Shown one piece after another: positions 48,606 through 57,904 of a stretch of 64,000 bases of DNA. The DNA is from an uncultured Anaerolineales bacterium (GTDB lineage Bacteria > Planctomycetota > Phycisphaerae > FEN-1346). The notes beneath the pieces are model-generated. The model saw only the letters and a program-made list of their open reading frames with translations, did not search any database and had not been told where the DNA came from. The DNA lies in contig CAZEBQ010000001.1 in the NCBI GenBank assembly GCA_964510295.1, positions 829 through 64,828 of the forward strand. The letters run 5' to 3'. How positions within the stretch are numbered: the first letter of the stretch is position 1; every line of letters starts with the position of its first letter. Made by a program: the position numbers and the translations under genes.

Positions 48606-50275
48606 AGCGGCCGGAGCGTCACCTCGCCGAGGCGGCGGCGGACCTCGTGTTTCATGACCTTCAGGGTGGTTGTGCGGGGGAACTCGCCCGGCCACACGCC
48701 GAAGCGATTCGGCCGCTTGTAGTCGGCCAGACGGGCACACGCCCCGCGTATCTCGTCGCGGAGCAGGTCCTCGCAGTTCGCGGCGTGTTCCGGGCCGAGC
48801 GCTTCGTCATCCACGGCCACCAGTGCGACGATCTCCTCGTCCACGCCGGCGCCCTCGCCCGTGCGGACGCCCAGAACGCACGTCTCGCGGACGTGGGGGC
48901 ACAGGCCGATCTCGGCTTCGATCTCCGCCGGGTACACGTTCTTGCCGGACTCGCTGACGATGACGTCCTTGAGCCGCCCGACCACGTAGAGGTAGCCCTG
49001 TTCATCCACGCGGCCGAGGTCGCCGGTCGCGAGCCAACCGTCTTGAAGGACGGCGGCGGTGGCCTCGGTGTCCTCGAAGTACCCGGCCATGACGTTTGGC
49101 CCCCGGACACAGATCTCGCCGATGCCGTCGCCTGTGCCATCGGGCGTACGCGTTCTCACTTCCACGCCGGGAAGCGGCTTGCCGACGGAGCCGAAGGCGT
49201 AGTGCGTCAACGTGTTGCATGAGACGACCGGGGCCGCTTCCGAGAGGCCGTAGCCTTCGAGGATCGGCAGCCCCAACTGTGAGAAGAATCGCGCAAGACG
49301 CCCATCCAGCGGCGCGCCGCCGCAGATGAAGAACCGCATCCTCCCGCCGAACGCACGGTGAACCTGCCGGAACAGCACCCGGTCGAGCCGAAGGCCGACA
49401 CGCCGCGCGCCCGGCGCCACGCGGCGGCTGGCGTCAAAGAGAAGCCGCTTCCATCGCGGCTCCGACCTGAGCGCCGAGAGGATACGCTTCCGAAGCAGCC
49501 TGGCCATCGCCGGCACCATCAGCACGAGCGTGGCCTCGCAACGCCGCATCGCTTCGAGAAGGGTCCGCGGATTCAGCGACCCGGGATACGTGACGCTCGC
49601 ACCGACGATGAGCGGGATGAGCAGGCCGGCCGTCTGCTCGAACAGGTGATTCAGCGGAAGAATCGAGACCAGCCGGTCGTCGGACCGGACGTCCATCCAC
49701 TGTGTGCCGGCCACCGCATTGGACGTGAGGTTCCCATGGGTCAGCACGATGGCCTTGCTCGCGCCGGTGGTGCCGGAGGTGAAACTCAAGACCGCCGTGT
49801 CGGCGCCTGTCACGTCCGGCGCGCTTGCCGCCGGGACCGCCGGCGACGTGTCCGCCTCGGCTTCGGCGAGCAGGTCCTCGATCGTCATGATGGTTACACG
49901 GCGCGAGCCGTCCGCGGCGTCGCCGGCTGCGGCGGCGAGGGGCCGTGAAACCAGGAGGAGGTGCGTGCGGCTGCGCCGAAGGATGCCGCGGATCTCGGCG
50001 CGCTTGAGGCGCGCGTCGATGGGCACGCACACAGCCCCCCGCAGATGGATGGCGAAGTAGGCAACGGCCCATTCCGGCCGGTTCTCGCAGAGCAGGGCCA
50101 CCGGCGTGCCCTTCGCCACGCCGCAGGTCGCCAGACGGTCTGCCACGCCCGCCGCGTGTGCCCCGAGGCCGCGATACGTGTAGGCGGGGGCCCCGGCGTC
50201 GCCGTGCTTTCGCAGAGCCAGACGGTCGCCGAACGTGCGGACGCCGTGGGCGAGGATTTGCGGAATCGTTTCCAT
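48602..50275 (-). CDS. Long-chain fatty-acid--CoA ligase (AMP-dependent synthetase/ligase family)
   Basis: LSFTSGTTGASKAIVLTHGNL (AMP-binding motif I), ...YGLSEA..., ...TGDLGRVDEQGYLYVVGRLKD... are canonical FadD motifs. Confidence 0.8.
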   Translation of the reverse strand: METIPQILAHGVRTFGDRLALRKHGDAGAPAYTYRGLGAHAAGVADRLATCGVAKGTPVALLCENRPEWAVAYFAIHLRGAVCVPIDARLKRAEIRGILRRSRTHLLLVSRPLAAAAGDAADGSRRVTIMTIEDLLAEAEADTSPAVPAASAPDVTGADTAVLSFTSGTTGASKAIVLTHGNLTSNAVAGTQWMDVRSDDRLVSILPLNHLFEQTAGLLIPLIVGASVTYPGSLNPRTLLEAMRRCEATLVLMVPAMARLLRKRILSALRSEPRWKRLLFDASRRVAPGARRVGLRLDRVLFRQVHRAFGGRMRFFICGGAPLDGRLARFFSQLGLPILEGYGLSEAAPVVSCNTLTHYAFGSVGKPLPGVEVRTRTPDGTGDGIGEICVRGPNVMAGYFEDTEATAAVLQDGWLATGDLGRVDEQGYLYVVGRLKDVIVSESGKNVYPAEIEAEIGLCPHVRETCVLGVRTGEGAGVDEEIVALVAVDDEALGPEHAANCEDLLRDEIRGACARLADYKRPNRFGVWPGEFPRTTTLKVMKHEVRRRLGEVTLRPL

Positions 50276-50358
50276 GCCTCCAGCGTATCCTAGGGCGGCG
50301 GCGGGCCCGGTCAAGGGGCATTCCCGACGAGGGCTTGCACTCAGACGAAACCGGACGT

Positions 50359-51573
50359 ATGGTCTGCCTCGAAGGCGCCGAGGCGTTTCCGGGAAGGGGT
50401 GCTGTGTCTCGATCGGTCCGAGTCCTGGCCGTTGCGTTCTTCGAGAGCGCTGCGACGATCTTTATCGAACGTGGCCTGTACTTCTACACCCACGAGCGGC
50501 TGGGCTTCACGGGCACCGAGAACCTTGGGCTGGCACTCGCCTGGGGCGTCGCATACGTGGTCGGAGCGCAACTTAGCCACGGCGCCTCCAAACGCCTCTC
50601 CGAGAAGGGGCTGCTTGTCCTGACGCTCCTGGGTCAGGTCATCGGCCACGCCGTGCTCTGCGTGTGGGCCGGGCCGGTCGCGGTGGTTGCCCTGGCGATG
50701 GCCATCGGCTGTATCGCGGGCCTCAAATGGCCCGTGCTGGAGAGTTACGTCGCCGCCGGCCGCACCCCCAAGGACCAGGCAGGGGCACTCGGACGCTTCA
50801 ACCTGTCGTGGGCGGGGGCCGTGCCCTTGGGGCTGGTGGCGGCCGGCCCGTTGATCGCGTGGCGGCCGGAGGCGCTGTTTGCGGCGGCGGGATGTTTGAG
50901 CATCGTCAGCCTGGTCCTGGCCCGGCCCCTGCCGAAGCGGCTCGTCCACCTGCCGCACGACCATCCCGAGCGGCCCAACACCGGCGGGATGGCCCGGTAC
51001 CGAGGCCTGCTCGTCTCGGCCCGGTGGTCGATGCTGACGGGCTACTCGCTGATGTGGATCCTGGCGGCGCTGCTGCCGAGCGTGTTCGAGGGGCTCGGCG
51101 TGGGTGTGGCCTGGGCGACGGCCCTGTCGGGCCTGCTCGACGTGTTCCGCTTCCTGGCGTTCCTGACGCTGGGGCTGTGGCGCGGCTGGCACAGCCGCAG
51201 CGTCCCGCTGGCGCTGGTGATCGTTGGGTTGCCGGCAGGCTTCTTCATGGCCCTGTTCGGGGGCGACATGGCGACGGTGCTCGGCGGCGAACTCCTGTTC
51301 GGGGCCGCGGTCGGCATGACCTACTACGCGGCGCTGTATTACGCGATGATCGTCAAGAACGCTGCGGTGGACGCCGGCGGGTCGCACGAGAGCCTGATCG
51401 GCGCGGGCTTTGCCATCGGACCGGCGTCGGGCCTCGTCGGGAACGGGTTAGCCCCGGCGGTCGGTGGCCCCGTCGTCGGCCGCCTCGTTGGCGTGGCGCC
51501 GCTGGTGGTGGTCTGTGCCATCGGCGCCGCCGTGGCGCTCGTGAAGGTGGTGCGTGCGGGGCCGCCGACCTGA
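50359..51573 (+). CDS. MFS-type transporter (about 12 TM helices)
   Basis: A hydrophobic 404-aa protein with repeated TM segments. It is divergent from the fadD-like gene across an ~85-bp spacer. Confidence 0.65.
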   Translation: MVCLEGAEAFPGRGAVSRSVRVLAVAFFESAATIFIERGLYFYTHERLGFTGTENLGLALAWGVAYVVGAQLSHGASKRLSEKGLLVLTLLGQVIGHAVLCVWAGPVAVVALAMAIGCIAGLKWPVLESYVAAGRTPKDQAGALGRFNLSWAGAVPLGLVAAGPLIAWRPEALFAAAGCLSIVSLVLARPLPKRLVHLPHDHPERPNTGGMARYRGLLVSARWSMLTGYSLMWILAALLPSVFEGLGVGVAWATALSGLLDVFRFLAFLTLGLWRGWHSRSVPLALVIVGLPAGFFMALFGGDMATVLGGELLFGAAVGMTYYAALYYAMIVKNAAVDAGGSHESLIGAGFAIGPASGLVGNGLAPAVGGPVVGRLVGVAPLVVVCAIGAAVALVKVVRAGPPT

Positions 51574-51602
51574 GCAGTCCGACGTGGCCCCCTTGGAGTT
51601 GG

Positions 51603-51674
51603 TGCGCGGCGGGTCTCCGGACCCGCCGCGAATGTGGGCCGGTAAGCGCGGTGGGTGCCGAGACCCGCCGCACA
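51603..51674. repeat. REP-like hairpin pair
   Basis: gcgcggcgggtctccggacccgccgcg and gcgcggtgggtgccgagacccgccgc. Confidence 0.65.
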
Positions 51675-51700
51675 AAGCGCCCGCGCAACCGTGAACTGCT

Positions 51701-51976
51701 CTACGGCCCGGACTCGTTCGCCTTGCGTGCCTTCTCAATCAGTTCGATGAGGCTGGCCGCCTTGTCCTTCGGCGGGGCCAGGATGCGGGCGATGTCGTCT
51801 TGGCTGAAGTGCCGCCGGATAAAGGCGGCGATGTCGAAGGTCTCCCCCCAGCAGTCGGCGATGCGGCCGCACGGTAGTCGGCGGCCCGGCGCGCGGCAAT
51901 ACGAGAAGGGGACGTCGTGGCCGAGCATGGGGCATCGGCGTTGCCTGCCGTCGTGCGCGGTGATTTCGTCGGCCAT
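51701..51976 (-). CDS. Small Cys-rich hypothetical protein (91 aa)
   Basis: ...CPMLGHDVPFSYCRAPGRRLPCGRIADCW... looks like a metal-binding Cys cluster. Several overlapping ORFs in other frames make the choice of frame uncertain. Confidence 0.3.
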   Translation of the reverse strand: MADEITAHDGRQRRCPMLGHDVPFSYCRAPGRRLPCGRIADCWGETFDIAAFIRRHFSQDDIARILAPPKDKAASLIELIEKARKANESGP

Positions 51977-52054
51977 CTCGGCGCTCCACCGAACGGGGCG
52001 GGGCCGACCGCCCTCGAGACGGCCGGCCCCGGAGTTACCATTTGCCGGATGCCG

Positions 52055-53446
52055 TCAGGACAGGCTCTTGGCGACGTCCTCCGGTTTCGGAAAGTCTTTG
52101 ATGGCGGCCAGGCTCTTCAGCATCTCCTCCTCCGGAAGCGGGTAGTCCACCAGTTTGCCGTGGAAGAATGCGTCGTAGCCCGTCAGGTCCATCAGTCCGT
52201 GGCCGGACCAGTTGAACAGGATCACCTTCTCCTTGCCCTCTTCGGTGGCCTTGTTGGCTTCCTCGACGACGGCGGCAATGGCGTGCGCGGTCTCGGGGGC
52301 GGAGATGAACCCTTCGGTCCGCGCCCAGGAGACCGCCGCCTCGTAGCAGGTGAGTTGTTCGTAGGCGCGCGGCTCGAGCAGGCCTTCCGTAATGGCCAGG
52401 CTGAGCAGGGGCGCCATGCCGTGATACCTCAAGCCGCCGGCATGAATGGGCGGCGGAACGAAGGTGTGACCCAGGGTGTGCATCGGCAGAAGCGGCGTCA
52501 TCCCCGCCGTGTCGCCGTGGTCGTAGGCGTAGGGGGCACGGGTCATCGTCGGGCAACTCGTGGGCTCGACCGGAATAATCGTTATGTCTGCACCGGCGAT
52601 CTTGTCGGCGAGGAACGGGAACGCCAGGCCCGAGAAGTTCGACCCGCCCCCCGCGCACCCGATGACCACGTCAACCGCGTTCTCGCCGAGCAACTCGAGT
52701 TGCTTCTTGGCCTCCAGGCCGATGATCGTCTGGTGCATGAGCACATGGTTCAGCACGCTGCCGAGGCTGTAGCGCGTCATGCCGGTGGGGTCGGTGACGG
52801 CGGCTTCGATGGCCTCGCTGATGGCGATGCCGAGCGACCCGGGGGTGTCGGGCATCTTCTCGAGGATGGCCCGGCCGGCGTTGGTCTCCGGGGACGGGCT
52901 CGGAATGCACGTGGCTCCCCACGTCTCCATCATCAGGCGGCGGAAAGGTTTCTGGTCGAAACTGATGCGGACCATGAAGACCTTGCACTCCAGCCCGACC
53001 AGCGCACAGGCGAACGCCAGCGCGCTGCCCCACTGGCCGGCGCCCGTCTCGGTAGTCAGACGCTCCATGCCGAACTGCTTGTTGTACCAGGCCTGGGGGA
53101 CCGCCGTGTTGGGCTTGTGACTGCCGGGAGGTGAGACGCCCTCGTTCTTGTAGTAGATCCGCGCGGGCGTGCCGAGGGCCTTCTCGAGACGGTGCGCCCG
53201 GTACAGCGGGCTCGGCCGCCACAGCGACAGCAGCCCCAGAATCTCCTCCGGGATGTCCACCCACCGGTCCGTGCATACCTCCTGCTCGATGAGGTTCATG
53301 GGGAACACCGGCGCCAACATGTCGGGCGAGATGGGCTTCCCGTCGGGCCCGATGGGCGGCAGCGGCGGGTGCGGCAGGTCGGCTGCCAGATTGTACCACT
53401 GGCGCGGCATGTCCTTTTCGCTCAAGAAAACTTTGGTTTGGTCCAT
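52055..53446 (-). CDS. TrpB-like pyridoxal-phosphate enzyme (tryptophan synthase beta, TrpB2 type), standalone
   Basis: [25 protein letters not shown]...[19 protein letters not shown]...GCAGGGSNF... matches the TrpB2 subgroup. No other trp genes are nearby. Confidence 0.85.
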   Translation of the reverse strand: MDQTKVFLSEKDMPRQWYNLAADLPHPPLPPIGPDGKPISPDMLAPVFPMNLIEQEVCTDRWVDIPEEILGLLSLWRPSPLYRAHRLEKALGTPARIYYKNEGVSPPGSHKPNTAVPQAWYNKQFGMERLTTETGAGQWGSALAFACALVGLECKVFMVRISFDQKPFRRLMMETWGATCIPSPSPETNAGRAILEKMPDTPGSLGIAISEAIEAAVTDPTGMTRYSLGSVLNHVLMHQTIIGLEAKKQLELLGENAVDVVIGCAGGGSNFSGLAFPFLADKIAGADITIIPVEPTSCPTMTRAPYAYDHGDTAGMTPLLPMHTLGHTFVPPPIHAGGLRYHGMAPLLSLAITEGLLEPRAYEQLTCYEAAVSWARTEGFISAPETAHAIAAVVEEANKATEEGKEKVILFNWSGHGLMDLTGYDAFFHGKLVDYPLPEEEMLKSLAAIKDFPKPEDVAKSLS

Positions 53447-53722
53447 GGTATTCTCCTGATAGGGGTCTGTGATTGGCTCGGGGTCGCCGTGCCTTCTGCG
53501 CTCGCATGTCGCCACGGCGGACTACAGGCCCGCGGCAAGTGGGGTAGAGATACCCGAAGTCTCCCCTCTATGGCAAGCGGAATCCGCGCCGCTTGCGTTC
53601 GCCGGTGACCGGCGCGGCCAGGGTGCACCTTGCCGGTTGACTTGAAAGGTCGGGCGGCAGGCAATGGACGATTGCCGCCGCAGGACGGTCGCGTCCGGCC
53701 CGAACGGGCCGACGGCGCGGCC

Positions 53723-53929
53723 TCACACCTGAAGGCGAGTGACGTTCTCGGCTTTAGCGCCTTTCGGGCCTTGCGTCAACTCGAATTCCACATCGTCGCC
53801 TTCGGCGAGGGTTTTGAACCCGTCGCCGGCGATGCTCGAGTAATGAACGAAGACGTCGTCTCCCCCTTCCTGTTCGATAAACCCAAAGCCCTTCTGATCG
53901 TTGAACCACTTGACTTTGCCTCGTGCCAT
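53723..53929 (-). CDS. cspA: Cold-shock protein (CspA family)
   Basis: [33 protein letters not shown]... contains the RNP1/RNP2 motifs. Confidence 0.9.
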   Translation of the reverse strand: MARGKVKWFNDQKGFGFIEQEGGDDVFVHYSSIAGDGFKTLAEGDDVEFELTQGPKGAKAENVTRLQV

Positions 53930-53957
53930 GCCTTGAAACCTCCAGACTCCGAATCAC

Positions 53958-53998
53958 CAAAAAAACCACCCGGCCAAGCGGAGAACCTCCGCCGGGTG
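53958..53998 (-). terminator. Terminator-like hairpin plus U7 inside the cspA 5' leader (putative attenuator/thermosensor)
   Basis: Minus-strand reading gives ccacccggcggaggttctccgcttggccgggtgg ttttttt (9-bp GC stem plus T7), ~25 nt upstream of the cspA RBS GGAGGT. Confidence 0.45.
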
Positions 53999-54236
53999 GC
54001 TCAAGCACACAGCCTTAACACGGCCAAACGTGAACGTGGCCGGTACGAGTTGATGCGGCCGACAGGCAACAAACCTCTCGCGCTCCTCTACAACCTTCCC
54101 CAGTCTAGCCACATCGCAGTTGCCGGTCAAGAAGAAAAAGTGCGCGTTGCGCGCGGGAAAGTCGCCTTTTGACTTGCCTGAAACGGGCCCGGCGCCTACA
54201 CTGCCCCACTTGTGGACCCGGGTTCGGGCGGTTCGG

Positions 54237-55310
54237 ATGTTCTGTGCGTGCAGCGGGAGTATCGGTGACGTGACGCGAGTCAGGGCGACATGGCTCGGGG
54301 CGGGCGCCCTGACGCTGGCCGGGGTGGTCATTCTGGTTGCGGTGGGAGGCTGCGAACCTCAGGCCTGGCGCAACCAGGACGGAACCATCGTCACCGGAAA
54401 GATCGACTATCAGAAAGAGCCGGTCACCGGCCGGACGTACCATCTCTATGTTCCGAGAACCTATAACCCGAAGCGCCAGTATCCGCTTGTCCTGACGGCT
54501 CAGGGCACGTTCCCCTTCGACGAGGCGGCCGGCCAGCGCAACCGCTGGACCGACGTGGCCGAGCGGTACGGTCTGATCATCTGCTCGGCCGATTTCGATT
54601 CCGCCACCGGCTGGCTTGGCGTGCCGAACGACCGGCCCGCTCCCGAACTCGTTCGCGACGACAAGGCCGCCATAGCCATCATCCGCGAACTGAAATCACG
54701 CTACAACATCAACCCCGACGCGCTCATGATCACCGGTTGGTCGGGCGGGGGCTATCCGGCCCATTACATCGGGCTCAACCATCCCGACGTGTTCCGCTGC
54801 ATCGTCGGCCGCGCCGCCAACTTCAAGGAAAACCTCGTGACCGACGACGTGGCGCTGCGGGCGCGCCAGATGCACGTCTACGTCTTCTTCGGGGCCGGAG
54901 ACCTGCCTGGCTTCGATCAGATGAACCGCGACGCCAACTTCTGGTACACCGTCAGGGGGTTCCGCAACTTCGTCATCCGACGCCTGCCGGGCGGCCACGA
55001 CCCCAACCAGGTGGAGGCCGCACGCTATTTCCTGAACATCGTCAACCACTGGCCGGCCGTTCACATCGACGCCAGCACCACCAAGGGCAGGGCGCCGCTG
55101 ACGGTCAGGTTCCGCGCCCTCGTCCGCGACCCCGACTCGCCCGACGGACGAGTCGATTCGGTGCTCTGGAACCTCGGCGACAACACCGTCTCGGCCCGGG
55201 CCGAGGTCACCCATACCTACACCCGGCCCGGCCTCTACAACGTGTTCCTGACGGTGGTGGATCTCGACAATCATCATGAATATACCCAGACGTGGGTCCG
55301 CGTGAACTGA
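54237..55310 (+). CDS. Alpha/beta-hydrolase esterase (PHB-depolymerase/esterase-like) lipoprotein with a C-terminal PKD domain
   Basis: A lipobox AVGGC and GWSGGG (GxSxG) are present. The C-terminal ...LTVRFRALVRDPDSPDGRVDSVLWNLGDNTVSARAEVTHTYTRPGLYNVFLTVVD is a PKD-type module. Confidence 0.6.
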   Translation: MFCACSGSIGDVTRVRATWLGAGALTLAGVVILVAVGGCEPQAWRNQDGTIVTGKIDYQKEPVTGRTYHLYVPRTYNPKRQYPLVLTAQGTFPFDEAAGQRNRWTDVAERYGLIICSADFDSATGWLGVPNDRPAPELVRDDKAAIAIIRELKSRYNINPDALMITGWSGGGYPAHYIGLNHPDVFRCIVGRAANFKENLVTDDVALRARQMHVYVFFGAGDLPGFDQMNRDANFWYTVRGFRNFVIRRLPGGHDPNQVEAARYFLNIVNHWPAVHIDASTTKGRAPLTVRFRALVRDPDSPDGRVDSVLWNLGDNTVSARAEVTHTYTRPGLYNVFLTVVDLDNHHEYTQTWVRVN

Positions 55311-55338
55311 CCGTGCGGCCCACGCGTCCCCTTTGGGC

Positions 55339-55367
55339 TTGATTTGCCCCGCTTGCCGACCTAAAAT
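55339..55367 (+). promoter_or_regulatory. Putative metK promoter (TTGATT-17-TAAAAT), followed by a ~70-nt structured leader
   Basis: cTTGATTtgccccgcttgccgaccTAAAATgcc. The leader has nested stems ttggcg...cgccaa and ggcgct...agcgcc before RBS GGAAGGAG. Confidence 0.4.
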
Positions 55368-55442
55368 GCCAGCCTTGGCGCTGATGGTTTCGAGCGCCGA
55401 CTAACGCCAACCCAGACTACTTTTTACGGAAGGAGCACAGGC

Positions 55443-56669
55443 GTGGCTAAGAAGGACGGAACCTCGCACCCTGCGTTCAGCCTGCCGGAAGGCCACACCC
55501 TCTTTACAAGTGAGGCGGTTACGGTGGGCCATCCCGACAAGATGGCCGACCAGATATCCGACGCGGTCCTCGATGCCATGATCGGCCAGGACCCGACCAG
55601 CCGCGTCGCTTGCGAGACCCTTGTCACCACCGGCATGTGCGTCGTGGCGGGCGAGGTGACCACGAAGGCGCAGGTCGATATCCGCGACGTCGTCCGCGGC
55701 ACGATCCACGACATCGGGTACACCGACGCTGCCATGGGCTTCGACTTCGAACATTGCGCCGTGCTCCTGGCGCTCGACCGCCAGAGCCCCGACATCGCCA
55801 TGGGTGTCGATGCCTCGGAGGGCAAGGAGCAGGGGGCCGGCGACCAGGGCATCATGTTCGGCTACGCCTGCCGCGAGACACCTGAACTGATGCCCATGCC
55901 CATCCAATTGGCACACCAGTTGTGCATTCGCCTCAAGCAGATTCGCGAAGCCGCCGAGGTCCGCTGGCTGCGGCCCGACGGCAAGAGCCAGGTCACCGTC
56001 CAGTACGACGAGAACGGGAGGGCCGTCCGGCTCCACACGGTCGTCGTCTCGACGCAGCACGCCGACCAGGTGGACGGCAAGACCGTCTCCAACGAGGAAA
56101 TCCGACGCGAGATCATTGAGCGGGTCATCAAGCCCGTTGCCCCCGCTGAACTCCTCGACGACGACACCATCTGCCACATCAACCCCACCGGCCGCTTCGT
56201 CGTCGGCGGACCCCAGGGCGACTGCGGCCTGACCGGACGCAAGATCATCGTCGATACCTACGGCGGCAAGGGAAGCCACGGCGGTGGGGCCTTCAGCGGA
56301 AAGGACCCCTCCAAAGTCGACCGCAGCGCCGCCTACATGGCTCGACACGTCGCAAAGAATCTCGTTGCGGCCGAACTCGCCGACGAATGCGAGGTCCAAC
56401 TTGCCTACGCCATCGGCGTCGCCGATCCGTTGAGCATCCGCGCAGATACGAACGGCACCGGCAAGATTCCCGACGTCGCCCTGGCGAAGGTCATCCGCGA
56501 CGTGTTCCCCCTGAAGCCGCGCGAGATGATCGAGTACCTGAACCTCCTGCGTCCCATCTTCCGCAAGACCGCCGAGGGCGGCCACTTCGGCCGCGAACTC
56601 CCCGAGTTCACCTGGGAAGAACTCCGCAAAGTCGACGAACTGAAACAGGCCGCCCGCAACTGGAAGTAG
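55443..56669 (+). CDS. metK: S-adenosylmethionine synthetase
   Basis: [17 protein letters not shown]..., ...[12 protein letters not shown]..., [19 protein letters not shown] are universal MetK motifs. It has a GTG start. Confidence 0.9.
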   Translation: MAKKDGTSHPAFSLPEGHTLFTSEAVTVGHPDKMADQISDAVLDAMIGQDPTSRVACETLVTTGMCVVAGEVTTKAQVDIRDVVRGTIHDIGYTDAAMGFDFEHCAVLLALDRQSPDIAMGVDASEGKEQGAGDQGIMFGYACRETPELMPMPIQLAHQLCIRLKQIREAAEVRWLRPDGKSQVTVQYDENGRAVRLHTVVVSTQHADQVDGKTVSNEEIRREIIERVIKPVAPAELLDDDTICHINPTGRFVVGGPQGDCGLTGRKIIVDTYGGKGSHGGGAFSGKDPSKVDRSAAYMARHVAKNLVAAELADECEVQLAYAIGVADPLSIRADTNGTGKIPDVALAKVIRDVFPLKPREMIEYLNLLRPIFRKTAEGGHFGRELPEFTWEELRKVDELKQAARNWK

Positions 56670-56784
56670 CCGGGCACGGCGCCGCAGGGACCGGATTCCC
56701 CGTGCACCAGGGGCTTGTCAACAGTTGGGTGCTCTACGACAACTCCGGGCCGACGCCGCGCTTCCTGGCGGCGGGAGACAATCG

Positions 56785-56967
56785 ATGACTCGAAAGATCA
56801 TCGGAACGAAAGACCCGGACATTCTCGGTTCGATGGCGGCACTCCGGCGGGCAGCGAAGCGGGCGCTGCGAGAGGGCCTGGAAACCGGGACGCCCGTCTG
56901 GGTCATCAAGAACGGACGCATGGTAGACCTGACACGCGGCAAGCGCCCCAAGGCCCGGGCCCGGTAG
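56785..56967 (+). CDS. Small basic hypothetical protein (60 aa)
   Basis: MTRKIIGTKDPDILGSMAALRRAAKRALREGLETGTPVWVIKNGRMVDLTRGKRPKARAR. Its ATG overlaps (ATGA) the stop of a 28-codon ORF (GTG 56703) reading VHQGLVNSWVLYDNSGPTPRFLAAGDNR. Confidence 0.35.
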   Translation: MTRKIIGTKDPDILGSMAALRRAAKRALREGLETGTPVWVIKNGRMVDLTRGKRPKARAR

Positions 56968-57010
56968 AGCAGCCTGCGAAGCGGGCTGACCGGAGTTCTT
57001 CGAGGTCCGG

Positions 57011-57038
57011 CCGCGGCGGGTCTCCGTACCCGCCGCGA
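57011..57038. repeat. REP-like hairpin (solo copy)
   Basis: ccgcggcgggtctccgtacccgccgcg. Confidence 0.6.
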
Positions 57039-57127
57039 CAGTCGTACCAAAGCGCGCTGGCCTAAGGCTTGACTGCCGGCCACCTGCACCGAGCCTGCCG
57101 AGGGGGATAGGGTGCCGACAACCTGCA

Positions 57128-57874
57128 TCATGGGAGGTTGAAAACATTCTGGCGAGAGGAGTCAATCAGGTCATTCTCGGCCTGATCCAAGACAACCCCC
57201 TTGTATTCGGCATATGCCCCGAGAATACGAAACGCAAACCGCCAGTGCCAGTCCATGAAAAGGAAATCGGTGACCAAGGGACCCTCCTCGATTGTCAGCG
57301 GAGAGGAATGAACAACTCCGCTGAGGAATCTCTGGATCAGTTCGTACTCCGATTCGAAACCAGCCGCTTTGGCCAGGTCGCGGAGGCTGCCAGAGTACCA
57401 GGTGTTGCGCACTTTGCCCTTCTTGTTCGAGTATCTCGCCTTCACCGCCATAAAACGCTTCTTGATTTCCGGTTCCGCATTCGGCCGTTTGGGGCTATTC
57501 CTGACCCGCTTCGCGAGGGCTGTCCTGCTGGCGTCCATCAGATCGATACGGCGTTTTCGCTCGACATCCCTGAAGTCCAAGAACAGTTCTGCTCGCTCGT
57601 CTCGTCTGTTCGGGTCCGCCATGATGTATAGCCCTTGAAGCATCGCGTCGTATATGCTTCGAAGAATCGATGCCGCATCGAACCCATAGTCGGGGACAGC
57701 GTTGTTCCGAAGGACGGCCAAGGAATTCCCGGACGCGACGATGCGCCTCGCGATCATCTCCATGGCAATTGCCACAGAGCATGGAATCTGCACAGCGTTG
57801 AGCTTGACTGTAATTCTGTTGGCAACTGCCCGCTGGTATTCGAGAATATCGTTGTCGGACAAATCCGATGTCAT
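57128..57874 (-). CDS. Hypothetical protein in a low-GC (~50%) island, immediately downstream of lexA and apparently co-transcribed with it. It contains an R-x6-H motif (possible HEPN-like).
   Basis: A 248-aa soluble protein, MTSDLSDNDILEYQRAVANRITVK...ELIQRFLSGVVHSSPL...; no Walker or TM motifs are present. GAGGTG RBS lies 8 nt upstream of the ATG. There is a 30-nt gap to the lexA stop. GC content is clearly lower than the flanks. Confidence 0.6.
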   Translation of the reverse strand: MTSDLSDNDILEYQRAVANRITVKLNAVQIPCSVAIAMEMIARRIVASGNSLAVLRNNAVPDYGFDAASILRSIYDAMLQGLYIMADPNRRDERAELFLDFRDVERKRRIDLMDASRTALAKRVRNSPKRPNAEPEIKKRFMAVKARYSNKKGKVRNTWYSGSLRDLAKAAGFESEYELIQRFLSGVVHSSPLTIEEGPLVTDFLFMDWHWRFAFRILGAYAEYKGVVLDQAENDLIDSSRQNVFNLP

Positions 57875-57904
57875 TGCAGCACCTCGTGTCGCGTGAGCCC
57901 CGGG

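Noticed and set aside
57128-57874. Interpretation of the lexA-linked gene as ImuA of an imuA-imuB-dnaE2 mutagenesis cassette
   Set aside because: There is no Walker A/RecA-like motif and no imuB or dnaE2 downstream; the next genes are a convergent small ORF and metK. A HEPN-like or unknown effector is more consistent.
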